This document shows, one piece after another, positions 63,939 to 64,000 of a stretch of DNA of 64,000 bases. Both the position numbers and the translations under genes were made by a program. How positions within the stretch are numbered: the stretch's first letter is position 1; every line of letters begins with the position of its first letter. This DNA comes from an uncultured Alphaproteobacteria bacterium. GTDB taxonomy: Bacteria > Pseudomonadota > Alphaproteobacteria > ATCC43930 > CGMCC-115725. The stretch spans positions 4,697 to 68,696 of the forward strand of contig CAVZJF010000040.1 of NCBI GenBank assembly GCA_963775525.1, in the 5' to 3' direction. Below the pieces are notes generated by a model. It saw nothing but the letters and a program-made list of their open reading frames with translations. It was not told the origin of the DNA and made no database searches.

Positions 63939-64000
63939 CCGCGAATTCGGCGAGCAATTCCGGCGGTCGCGCGAAGGCCGTTTCGACAGCGGCCGAGCGC

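Overview
High-G+C chromosomal window (hand-counted 60-nt lines mostly ~65-70% G+C). Gene content and REP-type intergenic palindromes suggest an alphaproteobacterium of the Hyphomicrobiales/Rhizobiales type, but the taxon is inference. No searches were run, so all family calls come from reading the translations.

Left to right:
- One-carbon genes: fhs and 5-formyl-THF cyclo-ligase.
- A di-haem DUF1111 protein, a TonB_C-like secreted protein and three MFS transporters.
- A ~5.6-kb repetitive, type-I-secretion-like surface protein gene with ~4.8 near-identical 681-bp tandem units.
- An aromatic-acid-type catabolic cluster: PEP-mutase-family enzyme, amidohydrolase, flavin reductase, Rieske dioxygenase alpha and beta.
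- cyoABCD, ubiX, gyrA, coaD.
- A lower-G+C accessory island: Crp/Fnr regulator, IS5-family transposase remnant, TPR-glycosyltransferase, KpsE, TPR-fused KpsM, and a methyltransferase-methyltransferase-heparinase II/III-like giant protein.
- A cupin, an internally duplicated unknown protein, and GntR-frc.
- NAD-linked formate dehydrogenase beta and alpha genes, split by a 1.4-kb low-G+C three-gene cassette inserted exactly at the alpha start codon.
- Two flavin-monooxygenase-type genes, a decayed vapBC, ccmFHI, an HpnA-like epimerase, pdxY and an SDR.

Two cross-cutting points:
1. About 45 single-nucleotide frame breaks cluster at 10.6-30.1 kb and 59.4-64 kb. They hit essential genes (gyrA, coaD, cyoB), so many genes are readable only by stitching ORF-track frames. 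I interpret most of them as sequence or assembly errors rather than decay. These genes are typed pseudogene, meaning disrupted as sequenced.
2. The best candidates for undescribed biology are the fdh-splitting cassette (48.78-50.20 kb) and the TPR-rich, ATPase-less capsule-like locus (32.5-42.8 kb).

No rRNA, tRNA or CRISPR array was seen.
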